Of a stretch of DNA of 49,638 nucleotides, positions 33,210-41,543 are shown in pieces. Source of the DNA: Clostridia bacterium (lineage in GTDB: Bacteria > Bacillota > Clostridia > DUPQ01); NCBI GenBank assembly GCA_016938455.1, contig JAFGUQ010000002.1:1-49638 (forward strand), written 5' to 3'. A program made the translations under genes and the position numbers. The first letter of the stretch is position 1. Each line of letters starts with the position of its first letter. A model generated the notes under the pieces. That model was not told the origin of the DNA. It saw nothing but the letters and a program-made list of their open reading frames with translations, and searched no databases.

Positions 33210-33980
33210 CTAATTACGTTTCTTAAAAGCAAAAAGCGCAATTGAAATGTAATTGACAAGGACAATGGAAACCAGTAATTCAGGTAATCCATTCGTAACG
33301 CCTGCAGTCAGCCAAAGGTCCTTGACCGTACCGACATCAATATTGAAGGCGGTTGCAAAATCATACTTGAAGAACTGATAGGCAAAGAAGATGAAAAGCA
33401 CTGTATTGGTCAATGTACCTGCAACTGCTGTCACCACTGCCTGCATGTTATATTTCTGATAGTTTTTCGTAATGACAAATAACAATACCAGAATGGCTAC
33501 TGCTATGACAATATTCACCCAGTAAGCCTGCTGATTCCTGATATTATCAATCATCTGATATGCATTAAACAGGAAAGCAAAAATCTGAACTCCAAAAAGC
33601 AGAATCACTGATGTCTTTCTTTCAATCTTATTAGTAGCTTTATATACGTAAGCACTGACAAGACCAACTAATACTCTTGGGATTATGGCCGTCACTGCAA
33701 TCAGCACGATTTCCCTGAATCCTCCGATAGCCCAGATCGGTGCAAATGTAGGATCTGTAGGTGCCTGTAAAAAGCTCATGACCCCGAAAGACAATCCAAC
33801 GACAGACCCGACTATTGGTCCACCGAAAATGGCTCCAATAATAACAGGTATGTGCAATATGGTTGCTCTGATTGGACCGACAGGAATAAATCCTATCTGT
33901 GTGATGCCAAGCACGACTGTGATGGCACTTAAAATGGCTGATAATACCATTTTCTGAGTTCTTGATGAAACTCTTTCCAT
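33210..33980 (-). CDS. Integral membrane protein, ECF-transporter S-component-like
   Basis: 256 aa with about 6-7 TM helices. ..VLSAILSAITVVLGITQIGFIPVGPIRATILHIPVIIGAIFGGPIVG.. resembles S components. The substrate cannot be determined. Confidence 0.5.
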   Translation of the reverse strand: MERVSSRTQKMVLSAILSAITVVLGITQIGFIPVGPIRATILHIPVIIGAIFGGPIVGSVVGLSFGVMSFLQAPTDPTFAPIWAIGGFREIVLIAVTAIIPRVLVGLVSAYVYKATNKIERKTSVILLFGVQIFAFLFNAYQMIDNIRNQQAYWVNIVIAVAILVLLFVITKNYQKYNMQAVVTAVAGTLTNTVLFIFFAYQFFKYDFATAFNIDVGTVKDLWLTAGVTNGLPELLVSIVLVNYISIALFAFKKRN

Positions 33981-34118
33981 AATTTCCTCCGTTTCAGTTC
34001 CACTATTGTGGATACCGCTCGTAAATTTTCCAAAATATTTTTTAGTCTGATTTATAAAAATATCAGCTTTTTTTCATCCTACCATATCTGATTAGAATTA
34101 TCAATAACAATCAAGCTT

Positions 34119-34307
34119 TTACCTGACGACGGTAATCGCTTCAACGGGACAGCTTTCACTTGCTTCAACAGCATCATCAATATTAGTGAAATCCAGATTA
34201 TCTTCTTCTGCATATGCCACATCGTTGTCCATTTCAAAAACATCCGGGCATATGTCAACACATAATCCACATCCGGTACATAACAACTGATCAACTTTTG
34301 CTCTCAT
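34119..34307 (-). CDS. Small single-cluster ferredoxin
   Basis: 62 aa with the pattern CTGCGLCVDICP....SCPVEAI (CxxCxxC...CP). Confidence 0.85.
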   Translation of the reverse strand: MRAKVDQLLCTGCGLCVDICPDVFEMDNDVAYAEEDNLDFTNIDDAVEASESCPVEAITVVR

Positions 34308-34321
34308 ACATGCTAACTCCT

Positions 34322-35503
34322 TTACTCATTTAATAGTCTTTTCTCTCCTCTTAATTCTACTATATTTTTTATATCTTGTGTCAACTCCATTGTTCCTAAA
34401 TATTCATTTTTTTCATTTCTTATAGCAAAATATCTGATATAGACAAATCTTTCACCCATTTTTATCCAGAAGTCTTCGCTGTCTTTCTTCCCTGATCTTA
34501 AATCCTCCATTAACTTCTCAACAATATGAACACTTGCTGGTGGATGACAATTCCTTACTTCTCTTCCGATAATCGTTCTGGGCCGAGGGAAAATCCGTTC
34601 TTTCCCCTCGGAAAAGTATTTTACTTTATTATTATCGTCAACAAAGGTAATGTCAGCAGGAAGTGTGTTTAAAATACAGTTCAATTCTTCCTGAGATAGC
34701 ATCCCTGCACTTAATCTGATATGGTCTATATTATCTGAAGGTTCTTTTTCTTCTTTCTTAGTGATTTCCGGAATCCAGTTTTTTATCACTTTTATGAAAG
34801 CATAGCCGTACTCGTCACTTCCCTTTTCAATGGCTGCCCATTCCTCCGAGGAAAAGGTTTCAAGTGTCATTGGTATGAGAATATTGTTTTCCTTATAAAT
34901 CATTTCGTCAATTTTCTTCAGTGTTCCTTTAATGCTTTCTTCTTGCATAGATATTTCTTCTTCTTTGATTTTTGCATAGCTTTTCAATTCACTTCTGACT
35001 TCATCATCAATAGCCCACATGACTTTAGGAGGACCTGTGATATCATGCTTTTCCAGGAAAGGAAATATAAGGTTCTCTTTCCTGGCATAATGCTTGTCAA
35101 TTTCCTGAAGTTTAACGATTTCCGCTGCAGCAAGGCCATATTGAAGTGTCGCCATAGCATCATATATTGTTTCGATTTTCCCTTCGATATATCTGTTTTC
35201 CTGTAAGAAAGTGTGAACCGGATGTCCTGAAATTTTTTCTTCTTCTTCAGGTCTGTGAATTTCCTCAACTGTACCTTTAAAAACAGCGGCATGCACATCA
35301 CATAATTTCTGTATGCTTTCAACTGGTAATCCGTCTTTGATCAGTGCCTGCTCCATTTCAGCAATTTCTCTTGCACTGACTTCTTTGAAGTTTTTTTCAA
35401 ACTTGTCTCTGACTACTTCAAAAGATTTTCCGTTATGTAGCTCCATGATCAGAGTTTTCAGTAACTCCTGCCTTTTTTCTCTGTTATTAATCAACTCACT
35501 CAT
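34322..35503 (-). CDS. DUF438-family protein (hemerythrin-like region + PAS-like C-terminus)
   Basis: 393 aa. The overall pattern (..LCDVHAAVFK.., ..HPVHTF..EN.., ..ITFVDDNNKVKYFS....FPRP..IIGREVRNCHPP.S..) matches what I remember of DUF438 proteins. It has the usual DUF1858 neighbour. Confidence 0.6.
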   Translation of the reverse strand: MSELINNREKRQELLKTLIMELHNGKSFEVVRDKFEKNFKEVSAREIAEMEQALIKDGLPVESIQKLCDVHAAVFKGTVEEIHRPEEEEKISGHPVHTFLQENRYIEGKIETIYDAMATLQYGLAAAEIVKLQEIDKHYARKENLIFPFLEKHDITGPPKVMWAIDDEVRSELKSYAKIKEEEISMQEESIKGTLKKIDEMIYKENNILIPMTLETFSSEEWAAIEKGSDEYGYAFIKVIKNWIPEITKKEEKEPSDNIDHIRLSAGMLSQEELNCILNTLPADITFVDDNNKVKYFSEGKERIFPRPRTIIGREVRNCHPPASVHIVEKLMEDLRSGKKDSEDFWIKMGERFVYIRYFAIRNEKNEYLGTMELTQDIKNIVELRGEKRLLNE

Positions 35504-35513
35504 TTAATGACTC

Positions 35514-35741
35514 CTATTCTACAACGGTATACCCGTGTGACTCGAAAACTTCTCTGATATGTTCTAAAGAAATTTTCTGAAGTTTAGCTCCTTGACTGAT
35601 TGTCATCATTTTACCTGCACTGATAAACATGGCAGGTTTGACAATGTTAACAAACCCTAATGCTTCCATGATAGGTAATGCTTCTTTATTGTTTTTAAAA
35701 TTTTCATATACTGTCTTATTGAATGCAATTGTTTTATTCAT
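35514..35741 (-). CDS. DUF1858-domain protein
   Basis: The ATG at 35739-35741 follows GGGAGGA. This ~75 aa protein (MNKTIAFNKTVYENFKNNKEALPIMEALGF.....MTISQGAKL..) sits in the conserved position upstream of DUF438. Confidence 0.55.
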   Translation of the reverse strand: MNKTIAFNKTVYENFKNNKEALPIMEALGFVNIVKPAMFISAGKMMTISQGAKLQKISLEHIREVFESHGYTVVE

Positions 35742-35885
35742 TGTATTTCCTCCCATATCACTTATGAAATTCCATACCAGCCACCTGCATATTAATTATA
35801 CCATATTGAAACTTTCTTCAATCAGACAAAAAACGGACAAAAAAATACCCGGAGGATATTCTCCGGGTATTATGTTGCCTGCTTT

Positions 35886-37559
35886 TTAGAATAAGCCTGA
35901 TATTTTTCCGTGTTTATCTACATCAATGATTTCTGCTGATGGTACTTTAGGTAATCCGGGCATAGTCATGATATCTCCTGTAAGAACAACGATGAATCCG
36001 GCGCCTGCTGATACTCTGGCATTTCTGACAGTAACTCTGAACCCTTTCGGCCATCCGGTTTTTGTCGGATCATCAGACAGTGAGTACTGTGTTTTAGCCA
36101 TACAGATCGGAAGATTCCTGAATCCGTCTTTTTCAAGACTTCTGATGGTCTTAGAAGCGGCAGGATCAAAGTCTACCCCGTCTCCGCCATATATTTCCTT
36201 CACAACTGTTTCAATTTTACCTTTGATTGACATTTCGTCATTATACATGAACTTGAATTTACTGTTGTCGCTTTCTGCCAGTCTGACTACTTCTCTTGCA
36301 AGTTCTTCTCCGCCTTCACTACCCTTTGCCCATACTTCTGACAGCGCCACATTGACACCTAATTCTTTACATTTTTCTTCAACATATTTCAGTTCCTTTT
36401 CTGTATCAGTAGGGAATCGGTTAATAGCTACCACTGCTGGAAGTCCGAATTTGACAGTAATATTCTCAATATGTTTTAAAAGATTAGGAATACCTTTTTC
36501 CAGCGCTTCAAGATTCTCTTCCGCCAGTTCCTTTTTATCTACTCCGCCATGGTGTTTCAATGCTCTGACTGTGGCTACAATAACCACTGCTGATGGTTTG
36601 AGTTCTGCTACGCGACATTTGATATCAAGAAACTTCTCTGCGCCTAAATCTGCTCCGAAACCAGCTTCAGTGACGACATAATCTGCCACTTTCAATGCCA
36701 TTCTTGTGGCCATGATACTGTTGCAGCCATGAGCAATATTTGCAAATGGTCCACCATGGACAAAGGCAGGAGTATGCTCAAGTGTCTGAACAAGATTCGG
36801 TTTCAACGCATCTTTCAACAATGCTGCCATAGCCCCTTCAGCATGCAAATCAGCCGCAAACACAGGTTTGTTGCTTCTTGTATACCCTACTACTATTTTC
36901 TTTATCTTATTCTTAAGATCTTCAAGATCTCTGGATAAACATAATATAGCCATGATTTCAGAAGCAACCGTGATATCATATCCGTCTTCTCTTGGAGTAC
37001 CGTTTGATTTCCCGTTTAATCCGTCTACAATAAATCTTAGTTGTCTGTCATTCATGTCCACACAGCGTTTCCATGTGATTTTTCTTGTGTCTATATCAAG
37101 TTCGTTTCCATGATAAATATGATTATCAATCATGGCTGCTAAAAGATTATTCGCTGCTCCGACTGCATGCATGTCCCCTGTGAAGTGGAGATTGATATCT
37201 TCCATTGGAACTACCTGTGCATAACCGCCGCCTGCTGCACCGCCTTTAACACCGAATACAGGCCCTAAAGAAGGTTCTCTCAATGCAATCATTGTGTTTT
37301 TGCCAATTCTGCTTAATGAATCTCCCAGTCCGACTGAAGTGGTTGTCTTCCCTTCGCCTGCCGGAGTTGGTGTAATCGGTGTGACAAGAATCAGTTTTCC
37401 ATCTTTTTTGTCTTTCGTTCTCTCGAGCATGTCGTAGTCAATTTTTGCTTTATAGTTCCCGTACAACTCAACATCATTCCTGTCAAGACCCAGCTTGTCT
37501 GCAATTTCGAAGATGGGTTTCATCGTTTTGCTTTGAGCAATTTCAATATCGCTTTTCAT
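35886..37559 (-). CDS. fhs: Formate--tetrahydrofolate ligase
   Basis: 557 aa. MKSDIEIAQ......I.EIA.KLGL.., the P-loop ..[15 protein letters not shown].. and the overall length are diagnostic. Confidence 0.95.
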   Translation of the reverse strand: MKSDIEIAQSKTMKPIFEIADKLGLDRNDVELYGNYKAKIDYDMLERTKDKKDGKLILVTPITPTPAGEGKTTTSVGLGDSLSRIGKNTMIALREPSLGPVFGVKGGAAGGGYAQVVPMEDINLHFTGDMHAVGAANNLLAAMIDNHIYHGNELDIDTRKITWKRCVDMNDRQLRFIVDGLNGKSNGTPREDGYDITVASEIMAILCLSRDLEDLKNKIKKIVVGYTRSNKPVFAADLHAEGAMAALLKDALKPNLVQTLEHTPAFVHGGPFANIAHGCNSIMATRMALKVADYVVTEAGFGADLGAEKFLDIKCRVAELKPSAVVIVATVRALKHHGGVDKKELAEENLEALEKGIPNLLKHIENITVKFGLPAVVAINRFPTDTEKELKYVEEKCKELGVNVALSEVWAKGSEGGEELAREVVRLAESDNSKFKFMYNDEMSIKGKIETVVKEIYGGDGVDFDPAASKTIRSLEKDGFRNLPICMAKTQYSLSDDPTKTGWPKGFRVTVRNARVSAGAGFIVVLTGDIMTMPGLPKVPSAEIIDVDKHGKISGLF

Positions 37560-37780
37560 ATATCTTCTCCTTTTTATGTTTTATGCTCTTCAGGTATTTG
37601 TGATACTGTGCTGACTTGATTTCCCACAACCACCTTTAGAGAGCAGGAGTTCTGTTAGCTGCACTGACTTTTGATGCTGTATTATTGCCATTTGACACTA
37701 TGTTGCTTCATGGCACTATCATTGACTCCAGCTTTTGCATTCCTGTTTTCACGAACAAATCTGCAAATCATTTAGTTGAA

Positions 37781-37809
37781 ATTATATCATTTTTAAGCCT
37801 TTGGTTCAA
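37781..37809 (-). promoter_or_regulatory. Strong sigma-A promoter for fhs (TTGAAC-17 nt incl. TG-TATAAT on the minus strand), implying a ~215-nt leader
   Basis: The minus strand reads gTTGAACcaaaggcttaaaaaTGaTATAAT. On the plus strand, gttcaa is at 37804-37809 and attata at 37781-37786. Confidence 0.55.
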
Positions 37810-37897
37810 CTGATATTACTTTATTATATTATGTTAAAAACATTTTTCTCTCATTAATTCATAAATATTCATCAGGTATATAAAGTCAGCGTTTTAA

Positions 37898-37926
37898 TTG
37901 ACAAATCAAAGTCACTAAAATATAAT
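37898..37926 (+). promoter_or_regulatory. Consensus sigma-A promoter (TTGACA-17 nt-TATAAT) for the pterin-binding methyltransferase gene
   Basis: TTGACA is at 37898-37903 and TATAAT at 37921-37926, with exactly 17 nt between them. The RBS GAGGAA precedes the ATG at 37963. Confidence 0.7.
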
Positions 37927-37962
37927 TAACTGTAGAATATAAGGAATTGTGAGGAAAAATCA

Positions 37963-38763
37963 ATGATTATTATTGGAGAAAAAATCAACAGTACCCTGAA
38001 GTCAGTGAGACCCGCTATTGAAAAATATGATGCCGCCGCTATTCAAAGCTTGGCTAAAAGACAATCCGAAGCAGGTGCATCCTATATAGATTTGAACGCC
38101 GGTATGTTTTATCAGGATGAGCCAGACCGTCTGGAGTGGCTGGTTAAGACAGTGCAGGAAGTAGTCAGTACTCCTTTAGCCATTGACTCTCCTAACCCGA
38201 AAGCGCTGTTAAGAGGATTACAGGCCAACAAAAACGGTAAACCTATCATCAATTCCATAACTGATGAGAAAGAACGCTTTGATGCAGTTCTTCCATTGAT
38301 ATTAGAATACAATACTTCTGTCATCGCACTTTGTATGGATGATACAGGGATGCCTGAAACTGAAGCAGATAGAATGAAAATTGCTGAAAGTCTGATTAGT
38401 AAGCTTACTAAAAGCGGTGTGAAGCTAGATGACATCTATATTGATCCGCTGATCAGACCAATTGGAACAGGATCACATTATGGCAGAGTTGCCATTGAAA
38501 CCATGCGTATGGTTAAGAAAGAATATCCTGATGTTCATATCACCTGTGGGTTAAGTAACATCTCCTTCGGAATTCCGCTTAGAAAAATCATGAACCAGGC
38601 TTTCTTAGTCGCTGCTACTGCTGCAGGTATGGATGGAGCTATCCTCGATCCTCTTGACAAAAAACTGATGACCTTCCTGTATGCTGCTGAAGCTTTAATC
38701 GGAAGGGATGATTATTGCATGAACTATCTGACACAGTTCAGAGAAGGAAATCTGGTTGAATAA
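37963..38763 (+). CDS. Methyl-corrinoid:tetrahydrofolate methyltransferase (pterin-binding domain; AcsE/MeTr/MtgA-like MT-II)
   Basis: 266 aa. MIIIGEKINSTLKSVRPAIEKYDAAAIQSLAKRQSEAGASYIDLNAGM.. closely follows the AcsE/MeTr N-terminus. ..NSI.. and ..IDPL.. segments are typical of the pterin-binding TIM barrel. Confidence 0.75.
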   Translation: MIIIGEKINSTLKSVRPAIEKYDAAAIQSLAKRQSEAGASYIDLNAGMFYQDEPDRLEWLVKTVQEVVSTPLAIDSPNPKALLRGLQANKNGKPIINSITDEKERFDAVLPLILEYNTSVIALCMDDTGMPETEADRMKIAESLISKLTKSGVKLDDIYIDPLIRPIGTGSHYGRVAIETMRMVKKEYPDVHITCGLSNISFGIPLRKIMNQAFLVAATAAGMDGAILDPLDKKLMTFLYAAEALIGRDDYCMNYLTQFREGNLVE

Positions 38764-38784
38764 TTTAAAATGACAAATAGTTGT

Positions 38785-38810
38785 AAAGAGATCCTGCGGG
38801 GTCTCTTTTT
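38785..38810 (+). terminator. Intrinsic terminator after the MT-II gene
   Basis: The stem is AAAGAGATCC / GGGTCTCTTT (10 bp, one G-U pair), the loop is tgcg, and a T-run follows. Confidence 0.6.
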
Positions 38811-38827
38811 ATGTCTATATAAAACTT

Positions 38828-38855
38828 TTGTCATTTTATGAAAAATCCTTATAAT
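38828..38855 (+). promoter_or_regulatory. Candidate sigma-A promoter (TTGTCA-16 nt-TATAAT) for the UroD-like/COG0523 operon
   Basis: TTGTCA is at 38828-38833 and TATAAT at 38850-38855. A 7-bp hairpin follows (AGCGTTT 38867-38873 / AAACGCT 38886-38892). Confidence 0.4.
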
Positions 38856-38969
38856 TTTCAAATCGGAGCGTTTTTTTCTAGGCCGAAACGCTTGTTATTT
38901 AATTAACAATGCATTAAAATGTTTTTAATTATTGATCAACCCGTTAAGAAAGGTAGTTTAAAGATTATT

Positions 38970-40595
38970 ATGACAGGTAGAGAACTAGTATTAAAAGCCA
39001 TAAAAATGGAAACAACAGAAAGAGCTCCTTGGGTCCCGTTCGTAGGATGTCATGGTGGTGCTTTGATTGGTGCCGGAGCAGATGAGCTCTTGAAAAATGC
39101 TGAATTAATCGTAAAAGCACAGTTAAAAGCAGTAGAACTTTATAGTGCAGATGGAATTCCAGTTTCTTTTGATCTTCAGGTTGAAGCTGAAGCATTAGGA
39201 TGTGAATTAAAATGGGAAAAGCTGAATCCTCCCGCCGTCTCCTCCCATGTGCTTCATAACAAGAAAGTAAGTGACCTTGTGCTGCCTGATATCAACAGCG
39301 GAAGAATCCCTGTAATGGTTGATGCTGCGAGAAAATTGAGGATTGCTCTTCCGGATACCGCATTATACGGATTAATCACCGGTCCTTTCACTCTGGCTCT
39401 TCATTTAATGGGTGCTGATGTATTCATGGAAATGTATGATGATCCTGATTCCTTAAAGGAACTTCTGAGGTTCTGCACCAAAGTTGGGAAAGTGCTGATT
39501 GACGGATACCTTGATGCAGGATGCGATATCATAGCACTGGTAGATCCGATGACAAGTCAGATCAGCCCTACACATTTCAAGGAATTCGTCACCCCGGAAT
39601 GTACTGATCTTTTTTCATATGTTCGTGAAAAGAATGCGCTTTCAAGTTTCTTTGTTTGCGGAGATGCACTAAAAAATCTTGAAGTCATGTGTGACTGTAA
39701 ACCTGACAATGTCAGTGTTGATGAAAACATACCTCTGGATATCGTCAAAAACATCTGCATGGAAAGAAAAGTTTCATTCGGCGGGAACTTAAGATTAACA
39801 ACAGCCCTGCTAAACGGAACTCCTGACCAGAATGCCATCCTGGCATACCAGTGTCTTAAAACAGGTGGAACCACAGGATATATCATCGCTCCAGGTTGTG
39901 ATATGCCTTATGATGTACCGGTAGAAAACATTCAGGCAGTTGCCGGTGTCGCTACAGATGAATATAAAAGAGAAATCGCTGCAGAGTTGGAGAAAAAAGG
40001 ATTTTCTGAAGAATACCAGTTATTCGATATGTCTGACTACGGTCATGCTGATAAAGTAGTAGTTGATATCATTACACTTGATTCTGAAGCCTGTGCACCT
40101 TGCCAGTATATGGTTGAATCAGTCAAAGCAGTTGTTCCTCAGTTTGATGAGCTTGTCATCTGGAGAGAGCATAAGATTAAATCACCTGACAGTGTTGCTT
40201 TTATGGCTTCATTGATGGTGAAGAATGTTCCTACCATCTGTATAGACGGGAAAATCACTTTTGTCAGTGTCATTCCTTCAAGAGATCAGCTGATTGAAGT
40301 GCTTCAGGACCGTATTTACAAAAAACTGAAAAGAAAAATAAAAAGAAAACAGACCAAGATTACTGTGGTGGTGGCTGATTGTGAAAAATGCCAGGAAGCC
40401 TTTACTAACGTTAAGACTGCTGTTACAGAATTAGGTCTTGATATACTGGTTGAATCTTCTGACGATATGGAACTTGCAAAGAGTTACGGTGTCAAGGAAC
40501 TTCCGGCTATCATATTATCAACTTCACAGTTAAAAGCATCAGAGCATGTGCCTGAAGTCAAGATCATCAAAGAATGGTTAAAGGATTTAATGTAA
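38970..40595 (+). CDS. Uroporphyrinogen-decarboxylase-family (MtaA/MtvB-like) methyltransferase fused to two thioredoxin-fold (Thioredoxin_3/MTH895-like) domains
   Basis: The ORF opens at 38919. I prefer the ATG at 38970 (MTGRELVLKAIKMETTERAPWVPFVG.., a typical URO-D-family N-terminus), but neither candidate has a well-spaced RBS. The URO-D-like core runs to ..YIIAPGCDMPYDVPVENIQAV... Two ~80-aa modules follow with CxxC motifs: ..DIITLDSEACAPCQYM.. and ..ITVVVADCEKCQEAF...ELPAIIL... Confidence 0.65.
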   Translation: MTGRELVLKAIKMETTERAPWVPFVGCHGGALIGAGADELLKNAELIVKAQLKAVELYSADGIPVSFDLQVEAEALGCELKWEKLNPPAVSSHVLHNKKVSDLVLPDINSGRIPVMVDAARKLRIALPDTALYGLITGPFTLALHLMGADVFMEMYDDPDSLKELLRFCTKVGKVLIDGYLDAGCDIIALVDPMTSQISPTHFKEFVTPECTDLFSYVREKNALSSFFVCGDALKNLEVMCDCKPDNVSVDENIPLDIVKNICMERKVSFGGNLRLTTALLNGTPDQNAILAYQCLKTGGTTGYIIAPGCDMPYDVPVENIQAVAGVATDEYKREIAAELEKKGFSEEYQLFDMSDYGHADKVVVDIITLDSEACAPCQYMVESVKAVVPQFDELVIWREHKIKSPDSVAFMASLMVKNVPTICIDGKITFVSVIPSRDQLIEVLQDRIYKKLKRKIKRKQTKITVVVADCEKCQEAFTNVKTAVTELGLDILVESSDDMELAKSYGVKELPAIILSTSQLKASEHVPEVKIIKEWLKDLM

Positions 40596-41506
40596 TGAAA
40601 AAACTTCCTGTTATTCTTATCACCGGTTTTCTGGGAGCCGGAAAGACAACATTCCTTAACGAAATGTTAAGTCACTTTAATTCCCAGGATCAAAGAACAG
40701 CGCTTCTGATCAATGAGTTCGGACGAATCAACATTGATAAAGAGCTGATTGACCAGAAAACTCAAGCGATTTATGAAGTCAACCAGGGATCAATTTTCTG
40801 TGTCTGCACAAGAGACCAGTTTATCTCGGCTCTTGACCACATTGCAGGAAATGAAGCGGATTTTGATGTCGCTGTCATTGAATCTACAGGTATTGCCAAT
40901 ACAGGTGACTTAGGAAAATATTTAAGTACACCACCATTAGTAGACCGAATTGAAGTGAAACAGAATTTCTGCATTATTGATGCTGCTAATTTCCATAAAG
41001 TGTTTCAGACTCTTCCTGCTGTTAAAAGCCAGGTTGAAGAAGCTTCGATGCTGATTATAAACAAATCAGACCTGGTCACTGAAGAGTATCTGAGTGAACT
41101 TAAGGAAAAACTGTCTGTGCTGAACCCGTCCTGTCCCATTAAAGTTGCCACTTATGGTAAATTGGATTTCTCTCAGTTAATTGATTTGACAAAACCCTGG
41201 GCAGCTAAATCTAAACTGACAGAAGCGCCTCCTCAGGATATCGCCACTGTCACTTTAGTCTCGGATCAGATCTTAGATTTAAGTAAGCTCAGATTATTTT
41301 TGGCCAGTCATTCACATGATCTGTTAAGAGCAAAAGGTTTTCTGAAAACAGATATAGGTTCCATGTTTATGGAATGGGTCGGTGACAAAATGTACACGAA
41401 ACCAGCTGACACCGGATGTGAGGAAAGCAGCCGGTTTGTTCTCATCGGCTATAAGCTTGATGACCAGCTTCTAAAAAATGAATTCAGGAATTGTGAACAA
41501 AAATAA
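40595..41506 (+). CDS. COG0523 (CobW/YjiA/ZigA-type) G3E GTPase metallochaperone
   Basis: The ATG at 40595 overlaps the upstream TAA (TAATG) and is preceded by the RBS AAAGGA. It has Walker A ITGFLGAGKTT and switch ..VIESTGIA... The canonical CxCC reads CVCT here. Confidence 0.75.
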   Translation: MKKLPVILITGFLGAGKTTFLNEMLSHFNSQDQRTALLINEFGRINIDKELIDQKTQAIYEVNQGSIFCVCTRDQFISALDHIAGNEADFDVAVIESTGIANTGDLGKYLSTPPLVDRIEVKQNFCIIDAANFHKVFQTLPAVKSQVEEASMLIINKSDLVTEEYLSELKEKLSVLNPSCPIKVATYGKLDFSQLIDLTKPWAAKSKLTEAPPQDIATVTLVSDQILDLSKLRLFLASHSHDLLRAKGFLKTDIGSMFMEWVGDKMYTKPADTGCEESSRFVLIGYKLDDQLLKNEFRNCEQK

Positions 41507-41540
41507 AGGCAGTACTCAGGTACTGCCTTTATTTTATCTT
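41505..41540. terminator. Bidirectional intrinsic terminator between the COG0523 gene and etfA
   Basis: An 11-bp perfect stem AAAGGCAGTAC / GTACTGCCTTT (41505-41530) with loop tcag, followed by attttatcttttt. Confidence 0.8.
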
Positions 41541-41543
41541 TTT

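Noticed and set aside
35926-36681. 251-aa plus-strand ORF, and other long antisense ORFs: 36729-37113, 31866-32381, 30859-31236, 42551-42940, 26094-26447, 3133-3420, 13980-14306, 16264-16682, 45593-45829
   Set aside because: All lie entirely inside well-supported genes on the opposite strand. Their translations are low-complexity (Ser/Pro/Thr/Leu-rich) with no recognisable motifs or RBS. They are shadow ORFs typical of AT-rich genomes.
37560-37780. ZTP (pfl), THF-I/II or T-box element in the fhs leader
   Set aside because: The hallmark cores are not present on either strand: CCGCCUGGGC for ZTP, GAGUAG...GCGU...CCGC for THF, and GGUGGNACCGCG for T-box. The element is kept only as an unexplained long leader.
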